Below, piece after piece: positions 1 to 11,792 of a DNA stretch of 56,335 nucleotides; the stretch's first letter is position 1, and each line of letters begins with the position of its first letter. A program made the position numbers and the translations under genes. This DNA is from Polyangiaceae bacterium. GTDB lineage: Bacteria > Myxococcota_A > Polyangia > Polyangiales > Polyangiaceae. The notes under the pieces were generated by a model. The model did not search any database. It worked only from the letters and a program-made list of their open reading frames with translations, and was not told the origin of the DNA. The stretch spans positions 1 to 56,335 of the forward strand of contig JBGANF010000041.1 of the NCBI GenBank assembly GCA_044222475.1, written 5' to 3'.

Positions 1-809
1 TTGATCTCGAAGAGGGTGCGCGTGTAGTAGTCGAGCCCGCGGACGAGCTTCTTGTCGACCTCGTAGGGCGTCCCGAGCGCGTCGAGCATGCGGCGCACGC
101 CGTCGAAGTGCGCGCGATCGGAGTCCTCGAGGACGTCGAGAACCGCGGGCGCGTCTTGCGTGACCTCGCGATCCTTCGGGTTCTTCGAGTCGAGGATGCG
201 AAGAGGGTTCGTCTCGAGACGACGCTGCGAGTCTTCGCTGAGCGCGTCCTTCTTCGGGGTGAGGAACGCGAGGAGCGATTCCTTGTACTTTGCGCGCGTG
301 CCAGCGCTCCCGATCGAGCCCACGTGGACGCGAGCGTCCTTGATTCCCAGCTGGGCGAGGAAGCCCACGAGCATGTCGATCATCTCGGCGTCACACGCCG
401 GCCCGGCGTCGCCGAAGATCTCGGCTCCAGCCTGGAAGAACTGCCGGTAGCGACCGCGAGCCGGGCGCTCACCTCGGAACATGGGGCCGAGGTAGTACAG
501 CCGACTCACGGGCTCGCGACCGTGCATCGCGTGCTCGACGTAGGCGCGCGCGATGCCGGCGGTTCCCTCGGGCCGGAGCGTGAGCGGGTCGTCGTGGTGG
601 AGGAACGAAAACATCTCCTTTTCGACGATGTCGGTGCCCTCGCCCACGGCACGCACGAAGAGGGAGGTGCTCTCGACGAGGGGGGTGCGCATCTCCCGAA
701 ATCCATGGAGGCGCATGGTACGCGCATACGCGGCCTCGACCCGGTGCCACGCGGCCACGTCGCCCGGGAGGACGTCGTTCATGCCTTTCGGCGCACGCAG
801 CGGATCCAT
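1..809 (-). CDS. hisS: Histidine--tRNA ligase (3' end runs off the window)
   Basis: Manual minus-strand translation from ATG at 809: MDPLRAPKGMNDVLP...GEGTDIVEKEMFSF...LRPEGTA...GRYRQFFQ...LVRGLDYYTRT. These are classic HisRS motifs. Absent from the ORF track because it has no stop in the window. Confidence 0.95.
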   Translation of the reverse strand, partial: MDPLRAPKGMNDVLPGDVAAWHRVEAAYARTMRLHGFREMRTPLVESTSLFVRAVGEGTDIVEKEMFSFLHHDDPLTLRPEGTAGIARAYVEHAMHGREPVSRLYYLGPMFRGERPARGRYRQFFQAGAEIFGDAGPACDAEMIDMLVGFLAQLGIKDARVHVGSIGSAGTRAKYKESLLAFLTPKKDALSEDSQRRLETNPLRILDSKNPKDREVTQDAPAVLDVLEDSDRAHFDGVRRMLDALGTPYEVDKKLVRGLDYYTRTLFEI

Positions 810-851
810 GAGGGAAACGAGGTATCCCGCCCGCACGTGGCCGTCAATGAG

Positions 852-937
852 GTGTGCTAGACACGGCCGTCGTGCCCAAGCGAATCCGTCGCAAGTGTGC
901 TAGACACGGCCGTCGTGCCCAAGCGAATCCGTCGCAA
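852..937. repeat. Exact 43-bp tandem duplication (852-894, 895-937)
   Basis: gtgtgctagacacggccgtcgtgcccaagcgaatccgtcgcaa occurs twice head to tail. Confidence 0.95.
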
Positions 938-1385
938 GCGCCGCACCTGTGCCCTCGATCTCGGCGACGTCCGCGTCGGCGTGGCGATCGACGACGAGCT
1001 CGGAATGTACGCCCACCCCAAAGGCGTCCTCGCCGCGCGCCCGAGGCCAGCGCTCCTCGCGGCGCTGGCAGCGCTCGTGACCGAGCAGAACGTCGGCCGC
1101 TTCGTCATCGGGCTCCCGCTCGACATGAGCGGCGGCGAAGGCGAGGCCGCCCGCAAAGCGCGGCTGCTCGCGCAAGACATCGCCGACGCGACCGGGTGCG
1201 AGGTGGAGCTCTGGGACGAGCGCCTCACCACCGTGCAGGCACGTCGCGCGCTCGCCGCGAGCGAGGTCCCCGGGCGACGGCGCGGAAAAGGCACGCGCAG
1301 CGTCAAGGATCGCATCGACGAAGCGTCGGCCGTCACGATCCTCGACGCGTGGCTCGGCGCGAGGCGCGAGGGCGGTGATGGCTAA
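915..1385 (+). CDS. ruvX: Holliday junction resolvase-like / pre-16S rRNA nuclease (YqgF family)
   Basis: ALDLGDVRVGVA, VIGLP, WDERLTT and IDEASAVTIL motifs; lies upstream of mltG. Start is GTG 915 or 897. Confidence 0.92.
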   Translation: MPKRIRRKRRTCALDLGDVRVGVAIDDELGMYAHPKGVLAARPRPALLAALAALVTEQNVGRFVIGLPLDMSGGEGEAARKARLLAQDIADATGCEVELWDERLTTVQARRALAASEVPGRRRGKGTRSVKDRIDEASAVTILDAWLGARREGGDG

Positions 1386-2532
1386 GCGCAAGCCGGCTAA
1401 CAAATCGGCGGGGAGCGCCCCCAAGCCGAAGAGGCGCGTGCCTCCGCCGGACGACGCGTCGCGGGCGTCGTCCCTCGCTCGCTGGACGGTGGCCATCGTA
1501 CTCGCGCTGCTCGCGCTCTTCGCTGGGCTGCTCTACTTCGTCTACCCCGCGAGCGAGGGACCCGGCCAAGGGGAGCGCGTCGAGATCGACGTCGCCGATG
1601 GCGAGGACGTCAACGCGTTCTCCGATCGGCTGGAGAGCGCGAGGCTCGTCCGCAGCGGACGCGTGTTCTCGTACTACCTGCGGGCCCAGGGCGGCACGTC
1701 GAGCCTCGCGCCCGGGCACCACCTCCTCACCGACGATCTCTCGCCCGGGGAGCTCCTGCATCGTCTGCAGCGCAAAGGCGCTGCGCACGTGAAGGTCGTC
1801 ATCCCGGAAGGCTGGAACCGCTTCGACATCGCGAAGCGCCTCGACGGTCTCCGCGTCTGCACGCTTCGCGGTTTCCTCGACGCGACCGAGAGCGCGGCGC
1901 TCCTCGCCGAGCTCGGCGTGCAAGGCGGCACCGCCGAGGGCTGGCTGTTCCCCGCGACCTACGAGCTCGAGCTCGACAGCTCATCCGAGGACGTGGTCCG
2001 CAAGCTGGTCCGCGAGCTCAAGAAGCGCGTCGACGCGATCGAAGAGCGCAACCAGAGCGGCATGCTCGACCTGCAGACGTCACTGGGCTGGGGACGGCGC
2101 GAGGTGCTCATCCTCGCGTCGATGGTCGAAAAGGAAGCCGCCGTCGACGACGAGCGGCCGATCATCGCCAGCGTGTTCCTGAATCGACTGCGCGATCCGA
2201 AGTTCACGCCGCGGCTTCTTCAGTGCGATCCGACGGCAGGCTACGGGTGCCTCGTCGGCACGTCACCGGGCTGCGTCGGGTACGCGGGCAAGGTCACCCA
2301 CGACGTCGTCGCCGACGCGGCCAACCCGTACAACACGTACAAGCACGAGGGCCTCCCGCCGGGGCCGATCGCGAACCCGGGCGCGCGCTCCATCGAGGCG
2401 GTGCTCAAGCCTGCGGCGACGCACTACTTCTACTTCGTCGCCAAGGGCGGCCAACGCCACACCTTCAGCGAGACGCTCGACGACCACAACGCTGCCGTCC
2501 ACGGCGAGCGGGACGGCGGACAACACGACTAG
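1378..2532 (+). CDS. mltG: Endolytic transglycosylase
   Basis: N-terminal TM helix, IPEG, EGWLFPATY, LASMVEKE, ASVFLNRL, NPYNTY...GLPPGPIANPG, YFYFV. Confidence 0.95.
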   Translation: MAKRKPANKSAGSAPKPKRRVPPPDDASRASSLARWTVAIVLALLALFAGLLYFVYPASEGPGQGERVEIDVADGEDVNAFSDRLESARLVRSGRVFSYYLRAQGGTSSLAPGHHLLTDDLSPGELLHRLQRKGAAHVKVVIPEGWNRFDIAKRLDGLRVCTLRGFLDATESAALLAELGVQGGTAEGWLFPATYELELDSSSEDVVRKLVRELKKRVDAIEERNQSGMLDLQTSLGWGRREVLILASMVEKEAAVDDERPIIASVFLNRLRDPKFTPRLLQCDPTAGYGCLVGTSPGCVGYAGKVTHDVVADAANPYNTYKHEGLPPGPIANPGARSIEAVLKPAATHYFYFVAKGGQRHTFSETLDDHNAAVHGERDGGQHD

Positions 2533-2539
2533 CGGCGGC

Positions 2540-2782
2540 TCAGCCGCCCGAACCGTCCTTGGGTCCCGTGTCGGGCGGGATCGAGACGTCGGGGATCGGG
2601 TTGCCGGTGTCGATCGGAACGTCGGGCACGCCGGTGTCCTGGTCGGGGGTCGTCACCGTTGCGGTCGATTGACCGAAGCTTCGCCCGCCTCCTTCGTACG
2701 GCACGCGCGCGCTGCACGCGAACACCGCGAAGGGGACCGCCGCGACGGCGATGAGAGCGACGAGGGCTTTCTTGCGGGTCAT
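2540..2782 (-). CDS. Small putative lipoprotein
   Basis: Basic N-terminus, hydrophobic stretch, VFAC lipobox, Pro/Asp-rich tail; adjacent to the upstream lipoprotein gene. Confidence 0.7.
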   Translation of the reverse strand: MTRKKALVALIAVAAVPFAVFACSARVPYEGGGRSFGQSTATVTTPDQDTGVPDVPIDTGNPIPDVSIPPDTGPKDGSGG

Positions 2783-2783
2783 G

Positions 2784-3383
2784 TCAGCAGTCCCATTTGC
2801 CGGTGTTGGCGTTGCAGGTGCACTGGATCTTCTGGTCGACCGCCGGGCACTTCGCGTTGGGGCGGTGGAAACCCTTGCAGACGGTGCCGGGGAGCACCGC
2901 GAGCGCCGGACAGTCCGGCGTCGGGTAGATGATCTGGAACTGGGTCGACGCCTGGAGGACGCCGTTCACGACCGCTTCGGCTTGGTACACGCCGATGGGG
3001 AAGGGCAGCTCGTCGCTGCTCCCGTCGGTCGGCTCGGGCCGCTTCACGTTGAGCGACTGGATGGACGCGCCGGTCGACGGAGCGCTCTCGGCGCCGGTCA
3101 GGAGGATGTTGCTCGCCTCGAGGTTGCCGCCCCACGACTGCTCGTGACGGATCTGCCGAATGTAGATTTGAAGGGTGGTGTCGCGGCGTTGACCGATGAA
3201 CTCGACGTTGCAATAGAACGTCTCGGTGTCGGTGAAGAACGTCGTTCGGGGCCGGTCGCTGTTGGCGTCCAGCGCACACTTGAACGACCGAACTTCCTGC
3301 GCGGCGCTACACGACGCGAGGACCGGGAGAGCGAGGGCGCCCGCGAGGGGAAGCGCAAGCCAACGAGAGATCGCACGAACCAT
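2784..3383 (-). CDS. Cys-rich putative lipoprotein
   Basis: Signal peptide with LASC lipobox; Cys-rich C-terminus. Confidence 0.75.
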   Translation of the reverse strand: MVRAISRWLALPLAGALALPVLASCSAAQEVRSFKCALDANSDRPRTTFFTDTETFYCNVEFIGQRRDTTLQIYIRQIRHEQSWGGNLEASNILLTGAESAPSTGASIQSLNVKRPEPTDGSSDELPFPIGVYQAEAVVNGVLQASTQFQIIYPTPDCPALAVLPGTVCKGFHRPNAKCPAVDQKIQCTCNANTGKWDC

Positions 3384-3446
3384 CGCCCTCCAAACTACGG
3401 GACCCCGAGGCGTCGGTCAATCAGTGGTAAGGGGTGGCCGAACCAC

Positions 3447-3893
3447 ATGACGTTCCAGCCCTGGGCCATCTCCGCCGCGATCGCGGCCGTGTTCATCGCG
3501 ACCCACTATCTCCTCCTCCGCGCCGCCTCCGGGCGGGTCGGCGATACGCTGGGCGCGCTCCTCCTCGAAGGAACGGCGGCCCTCGGAATCGCGGGGTATT
3601 ACCTCGCTCGCGGCCGCTTCGACACGACCACCACGACTCGGCCGGGCGTCGTCTATGCTTGCGCGAGCGGCGTCGCGATCTCGGTGGCGTCGATCCTGAT
3701 CTTCAATGCCCTCCGCCGAGGCGGGCCCGTGGCGTCGACCGGAACGCTCGTCCTCGGCGGGGGCGTCGCGCTGAGCGCGCTCTTCGCGCCGATGCTCTTC
3801 GGCGACGCCCTGACGACCCGCCGGCTCGTCGGCGTGGGGCTGGGCGTGCTCGGGATGGTCCTCCTGGCGACCGAGCCCGCGGCGGTACGCTAG
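3447..3893 (+). CDS. EamA/DMT-family small membrane transporter
   Basis: 148 aa from MTFQPWAIS, about five hydrophobic helices, ALRRGGPVAS and LFGDALTTRRLVGVGL patterns. Confidence 0.75.
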   Translation: MTFQPWAISAAIAAVFIATHYLLLRAASGRVGDTLGALLLEGTAALGIAGYYLARGRFDTTTTTRPGVVYACASGVAISVASILIFNALRRGGPVASTGTLVLGGGVALSALFAPMLFGDALTTRRLVGVGLGVLGMVLLATEPAAVR

Positions 3894-3923
3894 CTCCCGG
3901 TTTTCGGCTAGGCTCGGCCGCCG

Positions 3924-5978
3924 ATGGCCAACGATCCGAACCTCGAACGCGCTCTTCCTCTCGACCTCTTCGGCAAGGCGGCGACCGTCGCCCGCGGGTT
4001 GGCTATCGACGCCGTCCACGCGTGCCAGAGCGGCCACCTCGGTCTGCCGCTCGGCTGCGCGGAGATCGGCGCCGTGCTCTACGGCCGTGCGCTGCGGCAC
4101 TGTCCGTCGCACCCGGAGTGGATCGATCGCGACCGCTTCGTCCTCTCCGCCGGCCACGGCTCGATGTTCCTCTACGCGTGGCTCCACTTGAGCGGCTACC
4201 ACGAGATGACGCTCGACGAGGTGAAGCGCTTCCGTCAGCTCGGCTCGAAGACGCCCGGACACCCGGAGCTCGAGCGCACGCCGAACGGCGTCGAGACGAC
4301 GTCGGGCCCGCTCGGACAGGGCATCGCGAACTCCGTCGGCATGGCGGTCGCGGCGAAGATGGCGGCGGCGCGGTTCAACACCGCCGAGCACGCGATCTTC
4401 AGCCACCGGATCGTCTGCCTCGCGGGCGACGGGTGCATGCAAGAAGGCGTCGCGCTCGAAGCCGTCGAGTTCGCGGGGCACCACAAGCTCGACAACCTGA
4501 TCCTCATCTACGACTCGAACGACGTCACGCTCGACGCGATGGCGAAGGACACGCAGAGCCTCGACGCCGCGGCGCGCTTCAAGGCGATCGGCTTCGACGT
4601 GCAGACGGTCGACGGTCACGACATGGCGGCCTTCCTCGGGGCGTACGCGAAGGCGCACGCCGCGACGGGGAAGCCGCAGCTCATCATCGCGAAGACGCTC
4701 ATCGGCAAAGGCATCCCCGAGGTCGCCGGCACGCAGAAGGCGCACGGGGAAGGCGGCGCGAAGTTCGGCGACGCGGCGCGCAAGGCGCTTGGGCTCCCGG
4801 ACGAGCACTTCTTCGTCTCGCCCGAGGTGAAGGAGATGTTCGCCGCGCACGCGAAGGAGCTCGACGTCGCGCACACCGCGTGGGAGGCCACGTTCGCCGC
4901 GTGGAAGGCGAAGAACCCGAAGCTCGCCGAAGAGCTCTCGGCGTCGCCCGCGTGGGGCCACATGCACGGCGGAAAGCGCACCACGCTCGACGCGAAGGCG
5001 CTGCTCGCCGCCATCCCGGAGTTCCCGGCCGACACGAAGGTCGCGACCCGCAAGGCGGGCCAAGACGTACTCCAGCCGCTCGCCGCGAAGGTGCCGCTGC
5101 TCATGGGCGGGAGCGCGGATCTCTACGGCTCGACGCTGAACTACATCGGCGACCTCAAGGCCGGCAACGACGACTTCAAGCCGGGTCACCAGAGCGGGCG
5201 CAACATCCGCTTCGGCATCCGCGAGCACGCGATGTGCTCGATGCTCAACGGCATCCAGGCGCACGGCGTCTTCCGCGCGAGCGGCGCGACGTTCCTCGTG
5301 TTCGCCGATTACTGCCGGCCGCCCATCCGCCTCGCGGCGCTGAGCCATCTGCCGGTCGTCTACGTCTTCACTCACGACAGCGTCGGCGTCGGCGAAGACG
5401 GTCCGACGCACGAGCCGGTCGAGACGATCCCTGGCCTGCGCGTCATCCCGAACCTCGACGTCATCCGTCCGGCCGATCCGGAGGAGACAGCGGGTGCGTA
5501 TGCTGCTGCCCTCGAACGCGACGACGGTCCCACGCTGCTCGCGCTGTCGCGGCAGGCCGTTCCGCTCCTCGCCGAGATCCCCGCCGCCACGCGGCGCGAG
5601 GGCGTCCTGAAGGGCGGTTACGTCGCGAAGAAGGAGACGGCGAAGCTCGACCTGATCCTCTTGTCGGCCGGGAGCGAGCTCCAGCACGCGATGAGCGCCG
5701 CCGCTCAGCTCGGACCGGGGACGCGCGTCGTGAGCATCCCGTGCTTCGCGCGCTTCGATCGCCAGCCCGAGGCCTACCGCGAGGAGGTGCTCCCCAAGGC
5801 GTGCCGTCGTCGCGTCTCGATCGAGGCGACCGTGACGTCCACGTGGGCGAAGTACGTCGGCCTCGACGGGGCTTGCGTCGGCATCGACCGCTTCGGCATG
5901 TCGGCGCCCGGCGGCACCGTGATGAAGGAGCTCGGCATCACGGCCGACAACCTGGTCGCGACGGCCAAACGCATCTAA
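3924..5978 (+). CDS. tkt: Transketolase
   Basis: [53 protein letters not shown]. Confidence 0.98.
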   Translation: MANDPNLERALPLDLFGKAATVARGLAIDAVHACQSGHLGLPLGCAEIGAVLYGRALRHCPSHPEWIDRDRFVLSAGHGSMFLYAWLHLSGYHEMTLDEVKRFRQLGSKTPGHPELERTPNGVETTSGPLGQGIANSVGMAVAAKMAAARFNTAEHAIFSHRIVCLAGDGCMQEGVALEAVEFAGHHKLDNLILIYDSNDVTLDAMAKDTQSLDAAARFKAIGFDVQTVDGHDMAAFLGAYAKAHAATGKPQLIIAKTLIGKGIPEVAGTQKAHGEGGAKFGDAARKALGLPDEHFFVSPEVKEMFAAHAKELDVAHTAWEATFAAWKAKNPKLAEELSASPAWGHMHGGKRTTLDAKALLAAIPEFPADTKVATRKAGQDVLQPLAAKVPLLMGGSADLYGSTLNYIGDLKAGNDDFKPGHQSGRNIRFGIREHAMCSMLNGIQAHGVFRASGATFLVFADYCRPPIRLAALSHLPVVYVFTHDSVGVGEDGPTHEPVETIPGLRVIPNLDVIRPADPEETAGAYAAALERDDGPTLLALSRQAVPLLAEIPAATRREGVLKGGYVAKKETAKLDLILLSAGSELQHAMSAAAQLGPGTRVVSIPCFARFDRQPEAYREEVLPKACRRRVSIEATVTSTWAKYVGLDGACVGIDRFGMSAPGGTVMKELGITADNLVATAKRI

Positions 5979-5993
5979 CGCGCGAGCTCCGAA

Positions 5994-6110
5994 GAGAGAA
6001 CCGCCAGGAGCGCCAGGAGCGCCAAGTGGCGGAAGAGGGCATGCACCGAGTGCTAGCCCGTTTCTCCTCGTTCCCTGGCGGCCCTGGCGACCCTGGCGGT
6101 TCTCGCTCTC
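5994..6110. repeat. REP-like imperfect palindrome made of 9-mer units between convergent tkt and pgl
   Basis: Left arm gagaaccgccaggagcgccaggagcgcca pairs with right arm cctggcggccctggcgaccctggcggttctc. Confidence 0.7.
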
Positions 6111-6848
6111 TCAGCCCATTCCGCCGGCGGCCTTGTCGATCACCCACATGACGTGACCGCGGATGTTCCGCAGGATGCGCGCGGGCGTCGCCGACGTGTC
6201 GCCGGACACCGACCAGACCTTCTCGAGCGCGGGCGTCTTCTTCGCGCCGACGGCCAAGATGAAAGCCGAACGCGCCGCCTCCACGACGGGCACCGAGAGA
6301 CTCAATCGAGCCTCGCGCGCTCCCGAGGCCGCCACCGCCACGACCGGACGATCCATGACCGACAACGCCGGGTCGCCGGGAAAGAGCGACGCAGTGTGGC
6401 CGTCGTCCCCGACGCCCAAGACCATCACGTCGATCTGCGGGCCGGTCGGGCCCTTCGTGGCCACCTTCGTGACGACCTGAGCGTACTCGCGCGCGGCTTG
6501 CTCGAGATCGGGCGCGTCCGCGGGCATGCGATGCACGTTCTCGGGCGGGATGCGCGCCGGATCGAGGAACGCTGCCTTGATCATTCGGTAGTTGCTTCGA
6601 TCCGACGACTCGGGAACGGCCCGCTCGTCGACGAACAGGACCTCGACTTTGGACCAGTCGAGCTGGATCGCCGCGAGGCGCCCGTACGCCGCCTTGGGCG
6701 TCTCCCCGCCGGAGAGCGCCACGACCGCGCGGCCGCGCTCGCTGATGCACTCCTGAATCGCCTTCGCGATTCGGGCAGAGGCCTCCCGCGCGACGTCGTC
6801 GGCGTTCACCACTGCGATCAGCATTCCCGGGATCACTTTCGTCGTCAT
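6111..6848 (-). CDS. pgl: 6-phosphogluconolactonase
   Basis: ALSGGETP, VDERAVP, SNY, LGVGDDGHTASLFPG. Confidence 0.96.
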   Translation of the reverse strand: MTTKVIPGMLIAVVNADDVAREASARIAKAIQECISERGRAVVALSGGETPKAAYGRLAAIQLDWSKVEVLFVDERAVPESSDRSNYRMIKAAFLDPARIPPENVHRMPADAPDLEQAAREYAQVVTKVATKGPTGPQIDVMVLGVGDDGHTASLFPGDPALSVMDRPVVAVAASGAREARLSLSVPVVEAARSAFILAVGAKKTPALEKVWSVSGDTSATPARILRNIRGHVMWVIDKAAGGMG

Positions 6849-6872
6849 CGTGGCCTCACATCCGGACAGTCG

Positions 6873-7993
6873 CTACTGGCAGACTACACCGTCTTCGTCG
6901 AGCTGCTCCGCGAACAGGGCGGCCTCCTCGAGCAGCGGATCGTGCGCGGGCCTCTGGAGCGTCCTGAGCAGCTGGCGCGCACCCTTGTTGGAGCCTAGAC
7001 GCACGCGCTGCTCGGTCGTCGGGTGACCGCTCCGCTCGAGCGCCCAGCGCAGCACGTCGGCGTCCGGGGTCGGATCGTCCGGTCGTCCGCTCGCGAGCTC
7101 GCGCTCGACGACACCGACGAGCTTGTCGCCCTTCGACGACGCGTCGATGCGCACGCCGGCGAGCGTCGCCGGGGCGACCTCCACCGGTCGTGGCGTCGCC
7201 TTGAGCGCCAACGTGACCTTGCCCCCGTCGCGGCGGCGAAACCGCACCGTCCCACCGAGGCGCTCGATCGAGAGCTCGAGCCGCATGGCGAGCCATCCCA
7301 GAAAGAGCGCCGCCTCGGAGCCGAGCGGCGCGCCGGACGGCGACGCCTGCGTCAGCGTGATCTGATCGACCGCGCGCACCATCGCGCGGTTCGCCGGGTC
7401 GTCGAAGAAGCGCGCCGAGAGCTCCTGCCACGTCGAGAGCCGCGTCCACGCGAGATCGGCGACCGCACCGCGGCTGCGATCCTCGCGTACCCAGCGCGCG
7501 AGGTGGAGAAGGCTCGCCAGCGACGTGTACTCGGTGTCGAGCACGATGCGGGCGGCAGAGGAGGCGAGCTCGCGGAACACCGGATCGTCGACGTGGACGC
7601 GCCCCAACCACACCAGGGTCGTCGGGATCTCGGGGACGAGCAGCGCGTCGACCGCGCTGCCGACCCGCGCGCAGGCGCTGCCGGTGGCGCGGAGCTTGAT
7701 CCGCTCGGAGCACACGCCGTCGACGCTGCACACCGCGGTCGCGCCGCCGTCGAGCGTCGCGGGCTCGGTCGCCGGATCGAGCTCCACGACGACCGCCCGC
7801 GCCGGCATCGACAGCACGACGTCGTCGATGACCTCGGTGTAGGCGGCGGCGACGGTGTGCGTACCGGCGACCACGACGAGGTTCGCGGTGCAGATGCGCG
7901 TCCGCTGCGCCTCACCGGGCGCGACGTCGTCCTTCCACAGATCGCGGAGCTCGTCCTCGATCCGCGTGAGCGCGGCGCCGAGCGGAGCCGCCG

Positions 7994-7997
<4 letters not shown>
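6873..7997 (-). CDS. opcA: Glucose-6-phosphate dehydrogenase assembly protein OpcA
   Basis: GTG start overlaps the zwf stop. IEDELRDLW, NLVV, LLVPEIPTTLVW and DLAWTRLSTWQE motifs; zwf-opcA-pgl synteny. Confidence 0.9.
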
Positions 7998-9529
<1,532 letters not shown>

Positions 9530-9626
9530 GGATCCTCCGGGAGCGAGTTTTCGCACGCTGCGTCCGCAGCGTCGATGCCTAGTAACTCGACAGGAGCGCC
9601 GAGGTGGGCGACGCTTGTGGAGCACC

Positions 9627-9935
9627 ATGACGCTCCCGGCGGTCCTCGTTCCGCACCCCCACGTCGCCGTCGAGGCGAACGTCCTCGACGGCAGTCCGTA
9701 CGTTCGAGGCACGAAGGTCCCGGTGCGTCGACTCTGGGCCTGGCATCGTCGAGGTACGACGATCGAGACGCTGCTGAAGCGCTACCCGCAGCTCGGCCCG
9801 GCGCGAGTGCTCGATGCGCTCGCGTTCGCGTACGACAACCAGGAGCTCATGCAGGCCGATCTGGCGCGCGAGCAGAGCCTCCTCGACGACGAAGCGAACA
9901 AGTCGCCGAAGGCCCAAACGAAGCTGCCGTTCTGA
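9627..9935 (+). CDS. DUF433 domain protein (antitoxin-like HTH)
   Basis: VLDGSPYVRGTKVPV...GTTIETLLKRYPQL...VLDALAF matches the DUF433 pattern. Confidence 0.85.
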   Translation: MTLPAVLVPHPHVAVEANVLDGSPYVRGTKVPVRRLWAWHRRGTTIETLLKRYPQLGPARVLDALAFAYDNQELMQADLAREQSLLDDEANKSPKAQTKLPF

Positions 9936-10005
9936 CGCGCACCCACCGCGGCGCCAGCCAGAACCTCTGGTCCACGCCAACCAGCAGTCTGGTGACCGGG
10001 GCCGT

Positions 10006-10103
10006 TGGGGGCGGGCCCCCAACCGAGAAAGCTCTCCGGCTTTGCCGGAGAGTTTCGAGTCTCGTCTGTGGGGGTGTCGGGGGCGAAGCCCCTGACGTTG
10101 GTG
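10006..10103. repeat. Intergenic REP-like element, related copy at about 56051-56080 on the opposite strand
   Basis: ttgggggcgggcccccaa hairpin and gtgtcgggggcgaagcccctgacg. The reverse complement of 56051-56080 reads gtgtcggcgcgaagcccccgacgg. Confidence 0.6.
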
Positions 10104-10532
10104 TCACGCCTTGCCGTCGAGCGCCGTCGCGAGGGTCTCGAGCGCGTCGGTGATCTTCTGGCGCTCGCTGCGGGGGAGCTTGTCGAGCAGCGACGAGAGC
10201 GTCGACGACGCGCTCGAGTTCACTGCGTCGGCCGCCCGGCGACCACGCGGGGTCAAGCGAACGTCGGTCTGACGTCCGTCGTCCGTCGCCTTCTTGCGGG
10301 TGACGAGACCGGCGCTCTCGAGGCCAGCGAGGTTGCGGCTGGCGGTCGAGGGATCGATCCCGAGGAGCACTGCGAGCGACGAAGTCGACACCGCTCCACG
10401 CTCCGCGATGAGCTGGAGGGTCTCTGCCTGCTGCGGCGTGACGTCGCCGGAGCGCGCGCGCTCCCGGCTGATTCGTCCGAGGCCACGAGCCACGATCTGA
10501 ACTGCGCGAGCGAACCTGTCCTGATCGGCCAT
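10104..10532 (-). CDS. MarR-family transcriptional regulator
   Basis: VTPQQAETL...LAVLLGIDPSTASRNLAGLESAGLV...DGRQTDVRLTPRG winged HTH. Confidence 0.92.
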   Translation of the reverse strand: MADQDRFARAVQIVARGLGRISRERARSGDVTPQQAETLQLIAERGAVSTSSLAVLLGIDPSTASRNLAGLESAGLVTRKKATDDGRQTDVRLTPRGRRAADAVNSSASSTLSSLLDKLPRSERQKITDALETLATALDGKA

Positions 10533-10771
10533 GAGGGGGTCTGTAGAATACAAGGTTCGGGTCGGCGTCAAGTGACAAGCTCTCGAACGGCGAATTTTTT
10601 TTTCGCGCATGCGTTTCGTTTCGGCTCGGTTCCACTCGCCTTCCACTCGCCGCTCGTGCGCAAACAAAGCGTCTCTGTTGGACGCACGTTCGCCGGCCGT
10701 GACGTGCCACGCTTCCGCTTCTCACTCGGACCTACATCAGTTATAGAGAAGAGGCAGGTAGCGAGGCAGCA

Positions 10772-11425
10772 GTGAACCAGGTCATCAAAGACAGGATCGA
10801 ACGCGGCGAGACGTGCCGCATGTTCAAGAGCGACTTCTTCGAGTGGTTCTCCCGGATCCACCCGGCGACCCCGTTCGTCGCCTACGTCCCGATGATCGCC
10901 TACTTCACGTGGCGCGTGGTCCACCGCGGGGACATCTCGCTGCTCGGCGCTGGTGGTCTCGTCGTCGCTGGCCTGCTCATCTGGTCGCTGACCGAGTACG
11001 TGCTCCACCGCTACCTCTTCCACTTCGTCACCGAAGCGGAGTGGACCAAGAAGATGCACTTCTTCTTGCACGGCGTGCACCACGACTACCCGAACGACGG
11101 CGACCGCCTCGTGATGCCGCTCGGCGCCAGCTTGCCGATGGCGTTCCTGTTCTACGGAATCTTCTACGCGACCGGCGGCGTGACGTTCGGTGAGCCGCTC
11201 TACATCGGCTTCGCCATCGGATACCTGATCTACGACGGCACGCACTACGCGCTGCACCACTTCAACCTGACGTCGGGCATCGCAAAGCAGCTGAAGCGCC
11301 ACCACATGCTCCACCACCACGGCCAAGGCGGCTGGGGCGTGTCGTCGCCGCTCTGGGACCTCGTGTTCCGCACGCCGCCGAAGCTCGTCGCTCGTCGCCC
11401 GGCAGCGAAGAAGACCGGCGGCTGA
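10772..11425 (+). CDS. Fatty acid hydroxylase / sterol desaturase family (FA2H-like)
   Basis: His boxes EYVLHRYLFH, HGVHH, HYALHH, HHMLHH; RLVMP and GVSSPLWD. Confidence 0.9.
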   Translation: MNQVIKDRIERGETCRMFKSDFFEWFSRIHPATPFVAYVPMIAYFTWRVVHRGDISLLGAGGLVVAGLLIWSLTEYVLHRYLFHFVTEAEWTKKMHFFLHGVHHDYPNDGDRLVMPLGASLPMAFLFYGIFYATGGVTFGEPLYIGFAIGYLIYDGTHYALHHFNLTSGIAKQLKRHHMLHHHGQGGWGVSSPLWDLVFRTPPKLVARRPAAKKTGG

Positions 11426-11428
11426 CCG

Positions 11429-11653
11429 CTACTTCGTAGCGTCTTTCGAGTCGTGCCCGTTGTTCGCGACCTGCTCCGGCTGGCCGGTCGGCGGCGCGGT
11501 CGGCGCGACGGTGACCGCGGGACCGTGACGGTCGAGCGCACGGCCAGCGTGGATGCCGACCCAGAAGGCCAGCACGGCTCCGGCGAGAACCACGGCGCTG
11601 ACGAGCAGCGCGTAGCCAGACCCTCGGTGAGTCTCGGTCTTCGGCTTGTCCAT
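11429..11653 (-). CDS. Small single-TM hypothetical protein
   Basis: MDKPKTETHRGSGYALLVSAVVLAGAVLAFWVG...; GAGGGG upstream of the ATG. Confidence 0.6.
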   Translation of the reverse strand: MDKPKTETHRGSGYALLVSAVVLAGAVLAFWVGIHAGRALDRHGPAVTVAPTAPPTGQPEQVANNGHDSKDATK

Positions 11654-11792
11654 GGGGCCCTCTGTCACGCCCTGATGGTACGACCGTTCCTGGGCAAACG
11701 ATCCCCTAAGTCCACCTGAAGCAAAAATAGGTGCGCGTCGTGCCCACATTTGTTCGATGTGGCCGTAGACTCACACCCCGAGGAACGAAGCC

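Noticed and set aside
3417..6151. Long alternative ORFs (3417-5687 -, 3434-6151 +; likewise 8036-10153, 13683-15662, 34829-36718, 51924-54368)
   Set aside because: These are shadow frames of real genes in high-GC DNA, Arg/Ala-rich and without motifs.
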